Positions 21,712 through 32,119 are shown, counted from the first letter of the stretch. The stretch: DNA of 64,000 nt from an uncultured Flavobacteriales bacterium (GCA_905478555.1 CAJQIZ010000009.1:53247-117246); one strand, 5' to 3'. Notes: generated from the sequence alone by a model not told the origin. Program-made: numbers and translations.

Positions 21712-22347
21712 ATGGAAATAAGTCAAATAACTTTTAATGCCTTTCAGGAAAATACCTACATTTTATGGGACAATACTAATGACTGTATTATAATTGACCC
21801 AGGATGTTACGAAAAAGAAGAACAAGAAGAGCTTGTAAATTTTATTGAAGGAAATAACTTGAATCCGGTAAAGTTAATAAATACACATTGTCATATTGAT
21901 CATATTTTAGGTAATAAATTTGTGAGTAAAAAATGGGAATTAGAACTTTACATGCATCAACTAGACCTACCATTACTAGAAGGAGCAGGGAGGATTGCTA
22001 AAAACTATGGATTTGAATTATATGAAGGAAGTCCTTACCCAAAACACTTTTTGAAGGAAGGAGATATTTTAGAATTTGGAAATAGTAAATTAGAAGTTAT
22101 TTTCACACCAGGACATGCACCGGGACACATATGTTTACTTAGCAAACAAGATAATTTTATTGTATCTGGAGATGTATTATTTAACGGGAGTATTGGAAGA
22201 ACTGATTTACCAGGAGGAAATTTTGATACCTTAATAAATAGTATAAAAAGTAAACTCTTAATATTAAATGATGATATAAAAGTATATTGCGGACACGGCC
22301 CCTTCTCTACAATTGGAAAAGAAAGAGAGAACAATCCCTTCTTATAG
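21712..22347 (+). CDS. MBL-fold metallo-hydrolase (YcbL/glyoxalase II-like)
   Basis: THCHIDH, PGHAPGH, GDVLF, GHG. Confidence 0.94.
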   Translation: MEISQITFNAFQENTYILWDNTNDCIIIDPGCYEKEEQEELVNFIEGNNLNPVKLINTHCHIDHILGNKFVSKKWELELYMHQLDLPLLEGAGRIAKNYGFELYEGSPYPKHFLKEGDILEFGNSKLEVIFTPGHAPGHICLLSKQDNFIVSGDVLFNGSIGRTDLPGGNFDTLINSIKSKLLILNDDIKVYCGHGPFSTIGKERENNPFL

Positions 22348-22422
22348 ACATTAACTTTTCCTATTTCCTTAAGTTTTACTCTAATCATTTCTAATGCCAA
22401 AAAGGGAGTTTATATTTGTAAT

Positions 22423-22497
22423 ATGATAATAAAGGTAATAATAATGTTAGGGTTTTCAGCAGTAATGTACGCTACTAAAGAAGAAAGAAACGGTTAA
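22423..22497 (+). CDS. Candidate leaderless 24-aa micro-ORF (MIIKVIIMLGFSAVMYATKEERNG)
   Basis: ATG 4 nt after TATATTTG (22411-22418), the same spacing seen for several real genes in this window. Confidence 0.35.
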   Translation: MIIKVIIMLGFSAVMYATKEERNG

Positions 22498-22640
22498 TAT
22501 TGGAGATGGAGAAAGAACATCTTTACATGTACATTTAATCATGATAGGTTTTGTTATCTGTCTAGATATTAAACAATACATTTATGTATTAGGAATCGAA
22601 AGGAACACTTGTTTTTCGTTTTTTAATAAGTGGGTTTTAA

Positions 22641-22683
22641 GGGGAGTTGGATTATTACTTGTTTACCAACTTCCCTCTTTTTT
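22641..22683 (+). terminator. Intrinsic terminator
   Basis: GGGAGTTGG / CCAACTTCCC stem followed by TCTTTTTT. Confidence 0.75.
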
Positions 22684-22996
22684 ACACACTAAATTCTTCT
22701 AACTTTTCTAACAATGTACGAAATGCAACTACTTTTTTTCCGTATTTATCCGAATGTTTTTTTTGTAATGATGGTGAGTAATTTACTTGATAATTGTGCA
22801 AATCTTTCATAGTTGGGCAAGAATATTGAATCGCAAAGGTCGATCCTTCTTCATGAGAAACTAATACTTTATTCATCTGACATGAAGTAAAAATACCACA
22901 CTTCATTACTTTTGGAATATGTACTTCTTTCATCCAATTCAACCATTCTTCCGCAATCTGACTCTCAACATTACATGTCACATTATATATTATCAT
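22682..22996 (-). CDS. DUF4286 family protein
   Basis: MIIYNVT..WLNWMKEVHIP..FAIQY..AFRTLL pattern; last gene of serS-TPR operon. Confidence 0.85.
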   Translation of the reverse strand: MIIYNVTCNVESQIAEEWLNWMKEVHIPKVMKCGIFTSCQMNKVLVSHEEGSTFAIQYSCPTMKDLHNYQVNYSPSLQKKHSDKYGKKVVAFRTLLEKLEEFSV

Positions 22997-22998
22997 AA

Positions 22999-24783
22999 TT
23001 AATTTCCTCTAATTTCTCTATATTTTTTTCGCGATTCAGATGTGTAAATACTTCCAGAGCATTGCATTAACAATGTTTCATAGTAATAAAAAGCCTTTTC
23101 TTCATCTTTTTTATCGTTCTCATATATTTTTGCCAAATAAAACAATGCATCATCTTCTAAAATATCAAAATCATAGTCAGAAACAATAGTTTCAAGCATC
23201 TCAATAGATTTGTCTAAATTATTCATTTTATAGTATATCTCATATTTTCTAAAATATATTTCATCCATTAAAGTATGTCCTGAATAAATATCAATAATAG
23301 AATCTAAAACTACAATAGACTCCTCAAACCTATTCTGAAAATAAAGTAAATCTGCTCGAGCATACATTTCCATTGGTACTGCAGAAGTATCTAAATTTAG
23401 ATTATCAGTTATTAATAACGATAGATGTAAAGCATCATTAGAAATTAGCTTTGATGTAGAAGATTTTAATATATCCAATTGAGATTGTGCCCACTCAAAG
23501 TCTCCTTGGTAGTATGATACTTTTGACCTTCTTAGTTTCGCCTCATGCCCTAATGGACTTTCTTTATGATCTTTTTCAACTTGCGAGTAATACAGCAAAG
23601 CAGTCCATATTTTAGAAGAAAGTAACATAATATCAGCATATACTAACTTACATTCTGCCAAATCAGTTTTACTGATATTAAACATCTTCATAGCCTCTTC
23701 TAACATAATTTGTGCTGACGGTAAATCATTTAAAGAAAAGGCTTTAAAGTGTGCATAATTATAAATAAGTAAAACGGTAGTATAGTCTACCCCTACCTCC
23801 TCTACTATTTTCTGATATAACTCATCAATTTTTATAAGATTAGCCCCCTCTTTTTTGCCTAAAGCGTATAACATATTAACATGAGCATCAATATAATAAT
23901 AGTTATCATGCCCTTTGTCTATGATATATTGATAACACTTTATTGCTAAATCAAAATAACTATTATCCAAAAAAGTTTCTGCCAAATCATATAATCGTTC
24001 ACCATCTTCTCTTAATCTTTTATCTAATGATTTAGCTTGCAGGTATGCTAAATTAAAATCATTATTTTGCATAAATAACCAGATTAATATCTCTGAAAAA
24101 ATATAGGTATCTTTTTCTTTCTGACTGTACTTTAGTAATCCGTTTTTTACAAGAATATAATTCTCTTCATTCTCTATTCCATTATTTTCTAGGTAGCGTT
24201 GCAGATAATTAATTACATTAATTTTTTGTGTAGGATTTTTCTCTAGTAAGGAAAGATACTCCTCTACCATCCACTCATCTTTATCCATATACTGATAGAG
24301 TTGAGCTTTCTGGATATTATAATCTCTATTATTTGAAGGTATATCCTTTTCTGCAATTAAATACAGATTTAGAGCTTCTTGGTAAAAGGAATACTTAATA
24401 AAAGAATTACAAACACTTACTAATTGAGATTGCTTCTTTTTTATTTCATCCTCAATCTTTTTTAATGTTTTAGAAATTGATTTTTTATCTTCTAATTTTG
24501 AATCTACAAAGTACAAATCTACTAAATAAATTAGTGAATGTGTATTTATTTTACTCATTCGGAGTACTAATTTCTTAGCATCCTTATAGTTTTCTAGTCC
24601 TAAAAGAGATTGAAAATGAGGGTAGTAATAGGAATTAGAATTATTTCCTTTACTTATATCTTTATAAATATCAATTGCTTTTTCATATTCACCTGACTGA
24701 TAAAATTGATATGCTATTTGAGAATCATTAGTTTGCGAAAAAGAAAACGAAACAAAAAATAGTAATACAATAGTTATTCTCAT
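22999..24783 (-). CDS. Tetratricopeptide repeat protein (exported)
   Basis: Signal peptide ending SQ, repeated TPR helices, LISNDA motif. Confidence 0.88.
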   Translation of the reverse strand: MRITIVLLFFVSFSFSQTNDSQIAYQFYQSGEYEKAIDIYKDISKGNNSNSYYYPHFQSLLGLENYKDAKKLVLRMSKINTHSLIYLVDLYFVDSKLEDKKSISKTLKKIEDEIKKKQSQLVSVCNSFIKYSFYQEALNLYLIAEKDIPSNNRDYNIQKAQLYQYMDKDEWMVEEYLSLLEKNPTQKINVINYLQRYLENNGIENEENYILVKNGLLKYSQKEKDTYIFSEILIWLFMQNNDFNLAYLQAKSLDKRLREDGERLYDLAETFLDNSYFDLAIKCYQYIIDKGHDNYYYIDAHVNMLYALGKKEGANLIKIDELYQKIVEEVGVDYTTVLLIYNYAHFKAFSLNDLPSAQIMLEEAMKMFNISKTDLAECKLVYADIMLLSSKIWTALLYYSQVEKDHKESPLGHEAKLRRSKVSYYQGDFEWAQSQLDILKSSTSKLISNDALHLSLLITDNLNLDTSAVPMEMYARADLLYFQNRFEESIVVLDSIIDIYSGHTLMDEIYFRKYEIYYKMNNLDKSIEMLETIVSDYDFDILEDDALFYLAKIYENDKKDEEKAFYYYETLLMQCSGSIYTSESRKKYREIRGN

Positions 24784-26055
24784 CTAGTCAATAATATCGA
24801 ATCGACAATAAGGCTGAAGCACTTTTGGAATTTTAATTCCCTTTTCTGTTTGATTGTTCTCTATAAGAGAAGCAAAAATTCTAGGAAGGGCAAGTGCAGA
24901 ACCATTTAAGGTATGACATAACTGATTTTTACCATTTTTATCCTTATACCTTAATTTCAATCTATTAGATTGATAACTTTCAAAGTTAGAGATAGAACTG
25001 ACTTCTAACCATCTATCTTGTCCTGCAGAATAAACTTCAAAATCAAAAGTAAGTGCAGAGGTAAAACTTAAATCACCACCACAAAGTCTTAATATTCTGT
25101 ATGGTAATTCTAATTCATCTAAAATGGAAGCTACATGACTTACCATTACATCTAAAGTGTCGTATGAATCTTTCGGATGTTGAACTTGTACAATTTCTAC
25201 TTTATCAAATTGATGCAATCTATTCAACCCTCTAACATCTTTTCCATAAGAACCTGCTTCCCTTCTGAAACAAGGAGTATAAGCAGTGCATTTTATAGGG
25301 AACTCACCTTCCTTAACAATTACATCCCGGAAAAAATTAGTAACTGGAACTTCAGCAGTAGGTATTAAATATAAATTATCTTGGGTTACTTGATACATTT
25401 GTCCTTCTTTATCTGGAAGTTGACCTGTACCAAAAGCGGAAGCTTCATTTACTAAATATGGAGGTTGATATTCAACATAACCAGCATCTGTATTTTTATC
25501 TAAAAAGTAAGCAATAAGTGCCCTTTGTAATTTAGCTCCTTTATTGGTATAAACAGGAAATCCCGCCCCAGTTATTTTATTTCCTAGTTCAAAATCAATT
25601 AGTTGATACTGAGAACACAGATCCCAATGAGGTTTTTTATTTTTTGAAAGTTGAGGAATCTCCCCTACTACTTTTATAGTAACATTATCTGCATCTGACT
25701 TTCCGTTAGGAACAGAAGGATGCGGAACATTCGGGATTTGAACTAGTAATTTCCAGATATCACTTTCAATATCGGAAAGTGTAGTTTGTAAGGATTTTGT
25801 TTCTTCTTTAATTTGAGAAGACTGTTCTTTTAAAATATTTGCTTCGGCACCTTTTTCAGATTTAAAAAGCATTCCTATTTCTTTTGCAATAGAATTTGCT
25901 CTTGCAAGCAACTCATCAGATTGCTGTTGAGTAGATTTTCTGTTATCATCTAAAGTAATAAGCTGATCAATAATTATAGAAGCATCAAAGTTTTTCACTT
26001 TTAAGCTTTCAATAATATTTTGTTTATTCTCTCTTAAAAAATTAAGTTGCAACAT
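24784..26055 (-). CDS. serS: Seryl-tRNA synthetase
   Basis: N-terminal coiled coil, PTAEVP, FRREAG, EVSS, HTLNGSALA. Confidence 0.98.
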   Translation of the reverse strand: MLQLNFLRENKQNIIESLKVKNFDASIIIDQLITLDDNRKSTQQQSDELLARANSIAKEIGMLFKSEKGAEANILKEQSSQIKEETKSLQTTLSDIESDIWKLLVQIPNVPHPSVPNGKSDADNVTIKVVGEIPQLSKNKKPHWDLCSQYQLIDFELGNKITGAGFPVYTNKGAKLQRALIAYFLDKNTDAGYVEYQPPYLVNEASAFGTGQLPDKEGQMYQVTQDNLYLIPTAEVPVTNFFRDVIVKEGEFPIKCTAYTPCFRREAGSYGKDVRGLNRLHQFDKVEIVQVQHPKDSYDTLDVMVSHVASILDELELPYRILRLCGGDLSFTSALTFDFEVYSAGQDRWLEVSSISNFESYQSNRLKLRYKDKNGKNQLCHTLNGSALALPRIFASLIENNQTEKGIKIPKVLQPYCRFDIID

Positions 26056-26088
26056 AAGGGTTTTTTATTTTTCGGTACAAATGTAAAC

Positions 26089-26117
26089 AAAAAAACTCTT
26101 GATTTCTCAAGAGTTTT
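26089..26117 (-). terminator. Intrinsic terminator of rplU-rpmA
   Basis: AAAACTCTTGA-TTTC-TCAAGAGTTTT perfect stem with flanking A/T tracts. Confidence 0.8.
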
Positions 26118-26140
26118 ATAAGTATATTCTGAGAATTTAA

Positions 26141-26395
26141 TTACTCAGTAATAACAGATACATATGATCTGTTGTTTCTTTTTTTAGTAAACTTCACAAC
26201 ACCATGTTCTAATGCAAATAAAGTATGATCTTTTCCCATACCTACATTATCACCTGCATGGTGTACTGTACCTCTTTGACGAACAATAATGTTACCAGCA
26301 ATAATATGCTGACCACCAAAAATTTTCACACCTAATCGTTTACTTTGCGATTCTCTTCCGTTTTTCGAACTACCAGCTCCTTTTTTATGTGCCAT
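26141..26395 (-). CDS. rpmA: 50S ribosomal protein L27
   Basis: [29 protein letters not shown]. Confidence 0.99.
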   Translation of the reverse strand: MAHKKGAGSSKNGRESQSKRLGVKIFGGQHIIAGNIIVRQRGTVHHAGDNVGMGKDHTLFALEHGVVKFTKKRNNRSYVSVITE

Positions 26396-26417
26396 TGTAT
26401 TATAGTTTTATAAAAGA

Positions 26418-26849
26418 TTACTCTGCCTTAGCAGCAGTCTTTTTGGTTGTTGTTTTTTTAGCAGCTGGTTTTTTAGCTACTGTTTTACTTTCTTTTTTAG
26501 GTTCTGATTTTTTTGCAGGAGCTTTTTTAGCGGCTGCTTTTTCATCAATGTTTAAAATTTCAAGTTTTGTTAAATATTGTCTGTGACCATTTTTTACTTT
26601 GTATCCTTTTCTTCTTTTCTTCTTGAATACAATTACTTTATCACCTTTTAGGTGTTCTAGTACTTTGGCCGTCACTTTGGCTCCTTTTACAGCTGGGGCG
26701 CCAACATTTATCTTTCCACCGTTATCAATCAAAAGAACATTTTCGAAATCTACTTTCGAACCTTCTTCTGCTTCTAACCTGTGTACAAATATCTGCTGAT
26801 CTTTTTCAACTTTGAATTGTTGCCCTGCTATCTCAACTATTGCGTACAT
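26418..26849 (-). CDS. rplU: 50S ribosomal protein L21 with Lys/Ala-rich C-terminal tail
   Basis: [25 protein letters not shown]. Confidence 0.99.
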   Translation of the reverse strand: MYAIVEIAGQQFKVEKDQQIFVHRLEAEEGSKVDFENVLLIDNGGKINVGAPAVKGAKVTAKVLEHLKGDKVIVFKKKRRKGYKVKNGHRQYLTKLEILNIDEKAAAKKAPAKKSEPKKESKTVAKKPAAKKTTTKKTAAKAE

Positions 26850-27321
26850 TATTAATTATTTTTAAATTCGGACTGCAAAACTAACAAAATCTGCAAAAAC
26901 AGAAGATAAAAGAGTAATTATTTTTGAATGAATATCATTATTAATAGAGGATAGGAAAGCCGACACTGAATTTAAATCAGTTAATTCAAACGACTAAACT
27001 AACAAATGGAGAATTTACTACTACTATCTTACAAGTTCTAGAATGTTATCATAGCATACCACTCTGTTACCACAACATCTCAAAACAGTGTGCAAAAAAT
27101 AGAAATATAAGATATCGTAGCAACAGAATCAACTATTAAATCTAAAAGATCGACAAGAAATGAGTTAACCATAAGAAAATAATTGATGTATTAATTAGAA
27201 GAGTAATAGAAAACACGAAAGAAACTCTTTTCTATATTTAGAAAGCGAAACTTGGAGAAAAGAGTTATCTATGTAAGCATTTATCCGTTGTGTTACAATT
27301 AAAGAGGTTTAATCCAAATCA

Positions 27322-27825
27322 CTAAAGTTGATTATTCCAAATTACGAAAGTTGAGTATTTCATTTTAAAGGTATAATTATCCTCTATTATGATACCATCA
27401 CCGCAACTTATTGCTCCAATTATTAAACCACCACTTAACATCACACTATTGTGACTACTAGACCTCTTCCATGAGTATAGTATTTTATCTGCAATTTTAT
27501 CTATAGAGTCTTCAATACCATTTATTGATACACGGGAAACATTTTCATTACCAACAATAAAACTGTTATCTTGAAATAACATCAATCTATTTGTGAACTT
27601 TGGAGTTTCACTATCTTCAGTGTGACTTAACTTACCGTCCTTAACCATATACTCCGTATGTATCTGAGTAGATTTGTAAGTTGCGTCGTCCCATTTTAAA
27701 TTATGAAGACCATTTTCTACTCTGTACTCATTAATTTTTTGGAATACAGCTAACTCTAAATCTGTCTGTGAATACACATTTAACGTCAGCAATGTAAGTA
27801 ATATAGTTATTAATTTTCTCTTCAT
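27322..27825 (-). CDS. Secreted CAP/SCP domain protein
   Basis: Signal peptide, INEYR..GL, H..YM, SH, ENV, WKRSSSHN. Confidence 0.88.
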   Translation of the reverse strand: MKRKLITILLTLLTLNVYSQTDLELAVFQKINEYRVENGLHNLKWDDATYKSTQIHTEYMVKDGKLSHTEDSETPKFTNRLMLFQDNSFIVGNENVSRVSINGIEDSIDKIADKILYSWKRSSSHNSVMLSGGLIIGAISCGDGIIIEDNYTFKMKYSTFVIWNNQL

Positions 27826-27826
27826 T

Positions 27827-28711
27827 TTACAAAGATAATGCAGATTTCTTCTTATTTACCAAATAAACCCCCGATAAAATAACGGATACCGCTATAAGAT
27901 GTAATTCTGTAATTTGTTCTCCATCAAAAACACCCCACAAAATAGCGACAATAGGGATAAGATAAGTAACAGAAGAGGCAAATATAGCAGAGGAATTATT
28001 AATCAGATTATTAAAAATAATAACTGCTACAGAAGTACCTACTACAGACAATAAAGCAATATACCCTAAGGCCATATATCCTTTTTCATTAGTATCTGTT
28101 ATATTTATAAAATCAGTAGAAAACAAATAAACAGCAGCCACAGGACCTATAATAAGGAACGCTAATGATGTAATAGAAGAAGCATTTAAATCGTATAAAT
28201 ATTTTTTTATAATATTAATACTGATGGCATAAAATACAGTGGCCAGAATAACTAAATATATGTAATTATTTATCTCTACACCTCCTTCCATAGTATTAAA
28301 AGTAAGAAGTACAGCACCCAAAAGAGCAATCAGCACCCCAAAAATATTTGTTTTTGATGGTCTGGATTTGAAAAAATAAATACCTAATAATAAAGTAAAT
28401 AAAGGAACTAAAGCATTTAATATTCCTACTACCGAACTACTAAGTTCAGTTTGAGCCTTTGTAAATAAAAAGGCAGGTATTCCGTTTCCGAAAATAGCCA
28501 TAATAGCAATAGGAAGATAATGTTTTTTACGAACTGACTTAAAAGCCTTTGGTAAAAAAGGAAGTAACGACAAAAAAGCAATACATATTCTTAACGATCC
28601 TACCTGTTTGTAATCGAATACCTCCAACCCTCTTTTCATAAGGATAAAAGAACTACCCCAAATTATTGCCAAAAACAATAAAGTTAAATAATTTTTATAA
28701 GTAGAATTCAT
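27827..28711 (-). CDS. DMT/EamA family transporter
   Basis: IWGSSF, about 10 TM helices, VTYLIP. Confidence 0.92.
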   Translation of the reverse strand: MNSTYKNYLTLLFLAIIWGSSFILMKRGLEVFDYKQVGSLRICIAFLSLLPFLPKAFKSVRKKHYLPIAIMAIFGNGIPAFLFTKAQTELSSSVVGILNALVPLFTLLLGIYFFKSRPSKTNIFGVLIALLGAVLLTFNTMEGGVEINNYIYLVILATVFYAISINIIKKYLYDLNASSITSLAFLIIGPVAAVYLFSTDFINITDTNEKGYMALGYIALLSVVGTSVAVIIFNNLINNSSAIFASSVTYLIPIVAILWGVFDGEQITELHLIAVSVILSGVYLVNKKKSALSL

Positions 28712-28726
28712 TTGGCAAATATATCC

Positions 28727-29299
28727 TTATTCGGAAATATTAGTCCATTTAAAAGAATTTATAAAATTTAACACCTCTAACTTCATAATAGTATTTTGAA
28801 CTTCTATTTCATTATTTATTGAAGTATTAAAGTCTAAACTACCTCTAACAAAATACTTAGACATATCAGTAATATAAAACATAGATGATGTTGCAATATT
28901 ATAACCATATAAATCATAATTACAAACATACTTATCAAGTTCTGGTAATTCTAAAAAACTAGAATCTACTATTGCTCCAAATTTTCTGTGTTGGTTAACC
29001 TTATTCTGGAAAAAAAATTGATTTGCATGAAAATCAGAAGTAAGAGCAACTGAAAAAACTATCTCAGCATTATATAGAGAATACTTTATACTGTAAATAT
29101 CACCCTTCTTTTCTACAACTGCAGAATTAGAATATTCGAAAATAAAAATATCTGTTTTGTATATAGAAGTAGAAGATAAGGGCAAATCAATTTTTAGTTT
29201 TGCCTTTGGTTTAGGAATATAATATTCTGTATCAGTAAAATAATTATAGGCAAAAAAAACAGAGACTATTAAAACTATTATGACAATGTATTTCTTCAT
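28727..29299 (-). CDS. gldD: GldD-like protein (divergent)
   Basis: YIPKPK, FYITD...RGSL, SFKW; directly downstream of gldE; no lipobox Cys. Confidence 0.78.
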   Translation of the reverse strand: MKKYIVIIVLIVSVFFAYNYFTDTEYYIPKPKAKLKIDLPLSSTSIYKTDIFIFEYSNSAVVEKKGDIYSIKYSLYNAEIVFSVALTSDFHANQFFFQNKVNQHRKFGAIVDSSFLELPELDKYVCNYDLYGYNIATSSMFYITDMSKYFVRGSLDFNTSINNEIEVQNTIMKLEVLNFINSFKWTNISE

Positions 29300-30618
29300 C
29301 TATCAATAATTACTTTTAACCTTTTAATTTTTCTATCGTCAGCCGATTCTACCACAAATGTATATGGTGCAAATTCAATTCGTTCAGCTATTTTAGGAAT
29401 TACCGCTATTTTTTCGATTATAAGACCTGCAATAGTTTCGTTATCTCCTTTAACATCATCAAAATAATCTGTTTCTCCATCCGTAATTTTCAGGAAATCA
29501 TTTAAAGAGGTTTTCGCTTCAAACACATAGGTGTTTTCATCTAACTTTGAATACTGAGGACCATCATCATCAAACTCATCATTTATCTCTCCTACAATTT
29601 CTTCTAACACATCCTCTAAAGTGACAATTCCGGAAGTACCACCATATTCATCTACTACAATAGCAAGGTGTATCTTTTTATCTTGAAATTCTTTTAATAA
29701 ATGATTAATTTTCTTTGTTTCTGGCACAAATAAGGCATCATGACAAAGAGGGAACCAATCGAGACTTTCATCAGAAAGATGAGGAATTAAATCCTTTATA
29801 TATAGTACTCCTTTTATATCATCAAAAGTATCCTCAAAAACAGGAATCCTGGAAAAAGAAGAAGAAACTATAAGATTTAAAACTTCTTTATAGGGAGTAT
29901 TTTGATCTACCGCCACCACATCAGTTCTAGCTTTCATTATTTCTTTCACATCAATATTAGAAAACTCTACAATCGATTTTAATATTCTTTTTTCACTATC
30001 TAATTCTTTCCCATCAGAAGCTAAATCAATTGCTTGAGATATTTCCTCCATTGAAATATGTGACGATTTTTGTTTTAACCTTTTATCAATAAAGGAAGTA
30101 GCGGAAATTAAGATAGAAGATAAAGGAGAAAATATAATCTCAAAAAAGTGAATAAGAGATATCATCTTTTTACTGAAATTTACGGCATTTTGTTTTGCAT
30201 AAACCTTTGGAGTAATCTCCCCTAAAAGAACTAAAATAAAAGTAATTAAAATCACCTGAACTACAAACTTTAATACAGGAGAAGAATCAAAATCAAAAAT
30301 CTGAGAAGTAAGATAAGAGGTAAGTACAATAATAGCAACATTTATAAAATTATTAGCTATTAATATTGTAGCCAATAACTTATTCGGATCTCTTAATATT
30401 TGTCGTATTTGTTTCTCTTTCTTCTCGTCTATATCCGATAAATCATCTAAATTAGAAGAAGTTAAAGAAAAGAAGGAAACTTCAGATCCGGAAACTAAAG
30501 CAGATAAAAATATAAGAATACAAACAAAAATAATTCCTAGAATTAATCCACTAGAAATTTCATTTATCTCAATAGATAGAATTGTATTTAAAAATAAGGG
30601 AAGGGGGTCTTCTTTCAA
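29296..30618 (-). CDS. gldE: Gliding motility-associated GldE (CNNM/CBS/CorC)
   Basis: SGSEVSFFSL, GEITPK, SRIPV, VDEYGGTSG; between ssb and gldD. Confidence 0.9.
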   Translation of the reverse strand: MKEDPLPLFLNTILSIEINEISSGLILGIIFVCILIFLSALVSGSEVSFFSLTSSNLDDLSDIDEKKEKQIRQILRDPNKLLATILIANNFINVAIIVLTSYLTSQIFDFDSSPVLKFVVQVILITFILVLLGEITPKVYAKQNAVNFSKKMISLIHFFEIIFSPLSSILISATSFIDKRLKQKSSHISMEEISQAIDLASDGKELDSEKRILKSIVEFSNIDVKEIMKARTDVVAVDQNTPYKEVLNLIVSSSFSRIPVFEDTFDDIKGVLYIKDLIPHLSDESLDWFPLCHDALFVPETKKINHLLKEFQDKKIHLAIVVDEYGGTSGIVTLEDVLEEIVGEINDEFDDDGPQYSKLDENTYVFEAKTSLNDFLKITDGETDYFDDVKGDNETIAGLIIEKIAVIPKIAERIEFAPYTFVVESADDRKIKRLKVIIDR

Positions 30619-30628
30619 AATTTAAATA

Positions 30629-31048
30629 TTAAAATGGTAAATCATCATTCCCACTACTTTTTGTAGGTGATGATTCTGCTTGAGAAACTGCAGTTGCTGC
30701 AGAGCTTGAGTTGTTTGATCTTGATCCTAACATAGTCATTTTATCAGCAATAATATCAGTAGAATATCTAGTAACTCCTTCTTTATCCTCCCATTTTCTG
30801 GTGTTTATTTTGCCTTCTACATATATAGAATTTCCTTTTTTCAAATATTTTTCAGCTACATCTGCAAGTCCTCTCCACAATACAATATTATGCCATTCCG
30901 TCTGATTTACTCTCTCACCTTGTTTATTCGTGTACGATTCTGTTGTAGCAAGTGAAAAATTTGCCACTGCAATACCATTGTCTAAATGACGAATTTCAGG
31001 GTCTTTTCCTAGGTTCCCTACTAAAATAACTTTATTTACTCCTGCCAT
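30629..31048 (-). CDS. ssb: Single-stranded DNA-binding protein
   Basis: [23 protein letters not shown] tail. Confidence 0.98.
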   Translation of the reverse strand: MAGVNKVILVGNLGKDPEIRHLDNGIAVANFSLATTESYTNKQGERVNQTEWHNIVLWRGLADVAEKYLKKGNSIYVEGKINTRKWEDKEGVTRYSTDIIADKMTMLGSRSNNSSSAATAVSQAESSPTKSSGNDDLPF

Positions 31049-31081
31049 AATTTATAATTTTTCACAAATATACATATTTTA

Positions 31082-32119
31082 TTATTTGATTTTTACAGAT
31101 TTAATATATTTATCAATTAGTGTTGGAAAAGGATAATTATCTAGTTCTTCCCAGCTAATTTTCAGGTAGTTTTTATTGTTAAAGTTTCGCATATTAACAT
31201 GAATAAAGTTAGTATGAATTAATCTATGAGACAACTTATGTCTTATTTCTTTCGAAATATAAGTAATATCGTTTTTCTGATCCAAAAACAGCTCTCTCCA
31301 CTGATCATTCTTATCCAAATCTTCCACATTAACCTCTCCTTCTATTAATGGAAATTGATATAAGGACTGCCAAATACCCTCCCCTCTTTTCTCTATAAAG
31401 GTATTTCCATTAGATGTGATAATTAAATAGTTGAAATATTTATCTACTACATTTAACTTTTTACTTTTAATAGGTAAAATACTTACCAATTCTGTTTCGT
31501 ACGACTGACATGAGTTATTTAAAGGGCATTCATCACAATTAGGAGATTTTGGAGTACACATTAAAGCACCAAACTCCATAATAGCTTGATTATGAGTGTC
31601 TGGATTTTTCTTGTCTAATAAATCCTGAGCTGTCTTTTTAAATAACTTCTTTCCTTCTGTAGAATCAATTGGAGTTTCAATAGATAAATACCTACTTAAA
31701 ACTCTACTAACGTTACCATCTAAAACAGCATGGGGTAATTTAAAACAAAAAGAAGAAATTGCAGAAGCGGTATAATCCCCAACTCCTTTCAAATCTTTTA
31801 TACTATTAAAATCAGAAGGAAAAAAAGAGTTGTGATCATCTCTTATTTTTTTTGCCGTGTAATGCAAGTTTCTCGCACGGGAGTAATAACCTAAACCTTG
31901 CCATAAATTTAAAACTTCATCTTCAGTTGCATTAGCCAAATCAGTGACAGTAGGAAATTCGGAAATAAAACGATTGTAATACGGAAGACCCTGAACTACT
32001 TTTGTCTGTTGTAAAATAATTTCGGAAATCCATATTTTATAGGGATTTACCGTATTTCTCCAAGGTAATTCTCTCTTATTTTTATTGTACCACTTTATTA
32101 TTGTTTCTGAAAAAATCAT
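31082..32119 (-). CDS. mutY: A/G-specific adenine glycosylase
   Basis: LPWR, SEIILQQT, GLGYYSRARN, HhH GVGDYTA, 4Fe-4S CTPKSPNCDECPLNNSC. Confidence 0.97.
   Translation of the reverse strand: MIFSETIIKWYNKNKRELPWRNTVNPYKIWISEIILQQTKVVQGLPYYNRFISEFPTVTDLANATEDEVLNLWQGLGYYSRARNLHYTAKKIRDDHNSFFPSDFNSIKDLKGVGDYTASAISSFCFKLPHAVLDGNVSRVLSRYLSIETPIDSTEGKKLFKKTAQDLLDKKNPDTHNQAIMEFGALMCTPKSPNCDECPLNNSCQSYETELVSILPIKSKKLNVVDKYFNYLIITSNGNTFIEKRGEGIWQSLYQFPLIEGEVNVEDLDKNDQWRELFLDQKNDITYISKEIRHKLSHRLIHTNFIHVNMRNFNNKNYLKISWEELDNYPFPTLIDKYIKSVKIK

Larger units (their letters stand above)
22423..22683 (+). ncRNA. Candidate structured small RNA (about 260 nt)
   Basis: Own -7 promoter, several hairpins and an intrinsic terminator with U-tract; no long ORF. 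Confidence 0.4.

Noticed and set aside
26951-26963. GGAAAGCCGA also present on the minus strand near 39689-39698, both intergenic
   Set aside because: Only 10 bp with no shared flanking structure; plausible by chance.
27281-27300. CCGTTGTGTTACAATT, faintly like a gene-cassette (attC-type) end next to the CAP gene
   Set aside because: No matching inverse core, no second copy and no integrase in the window.
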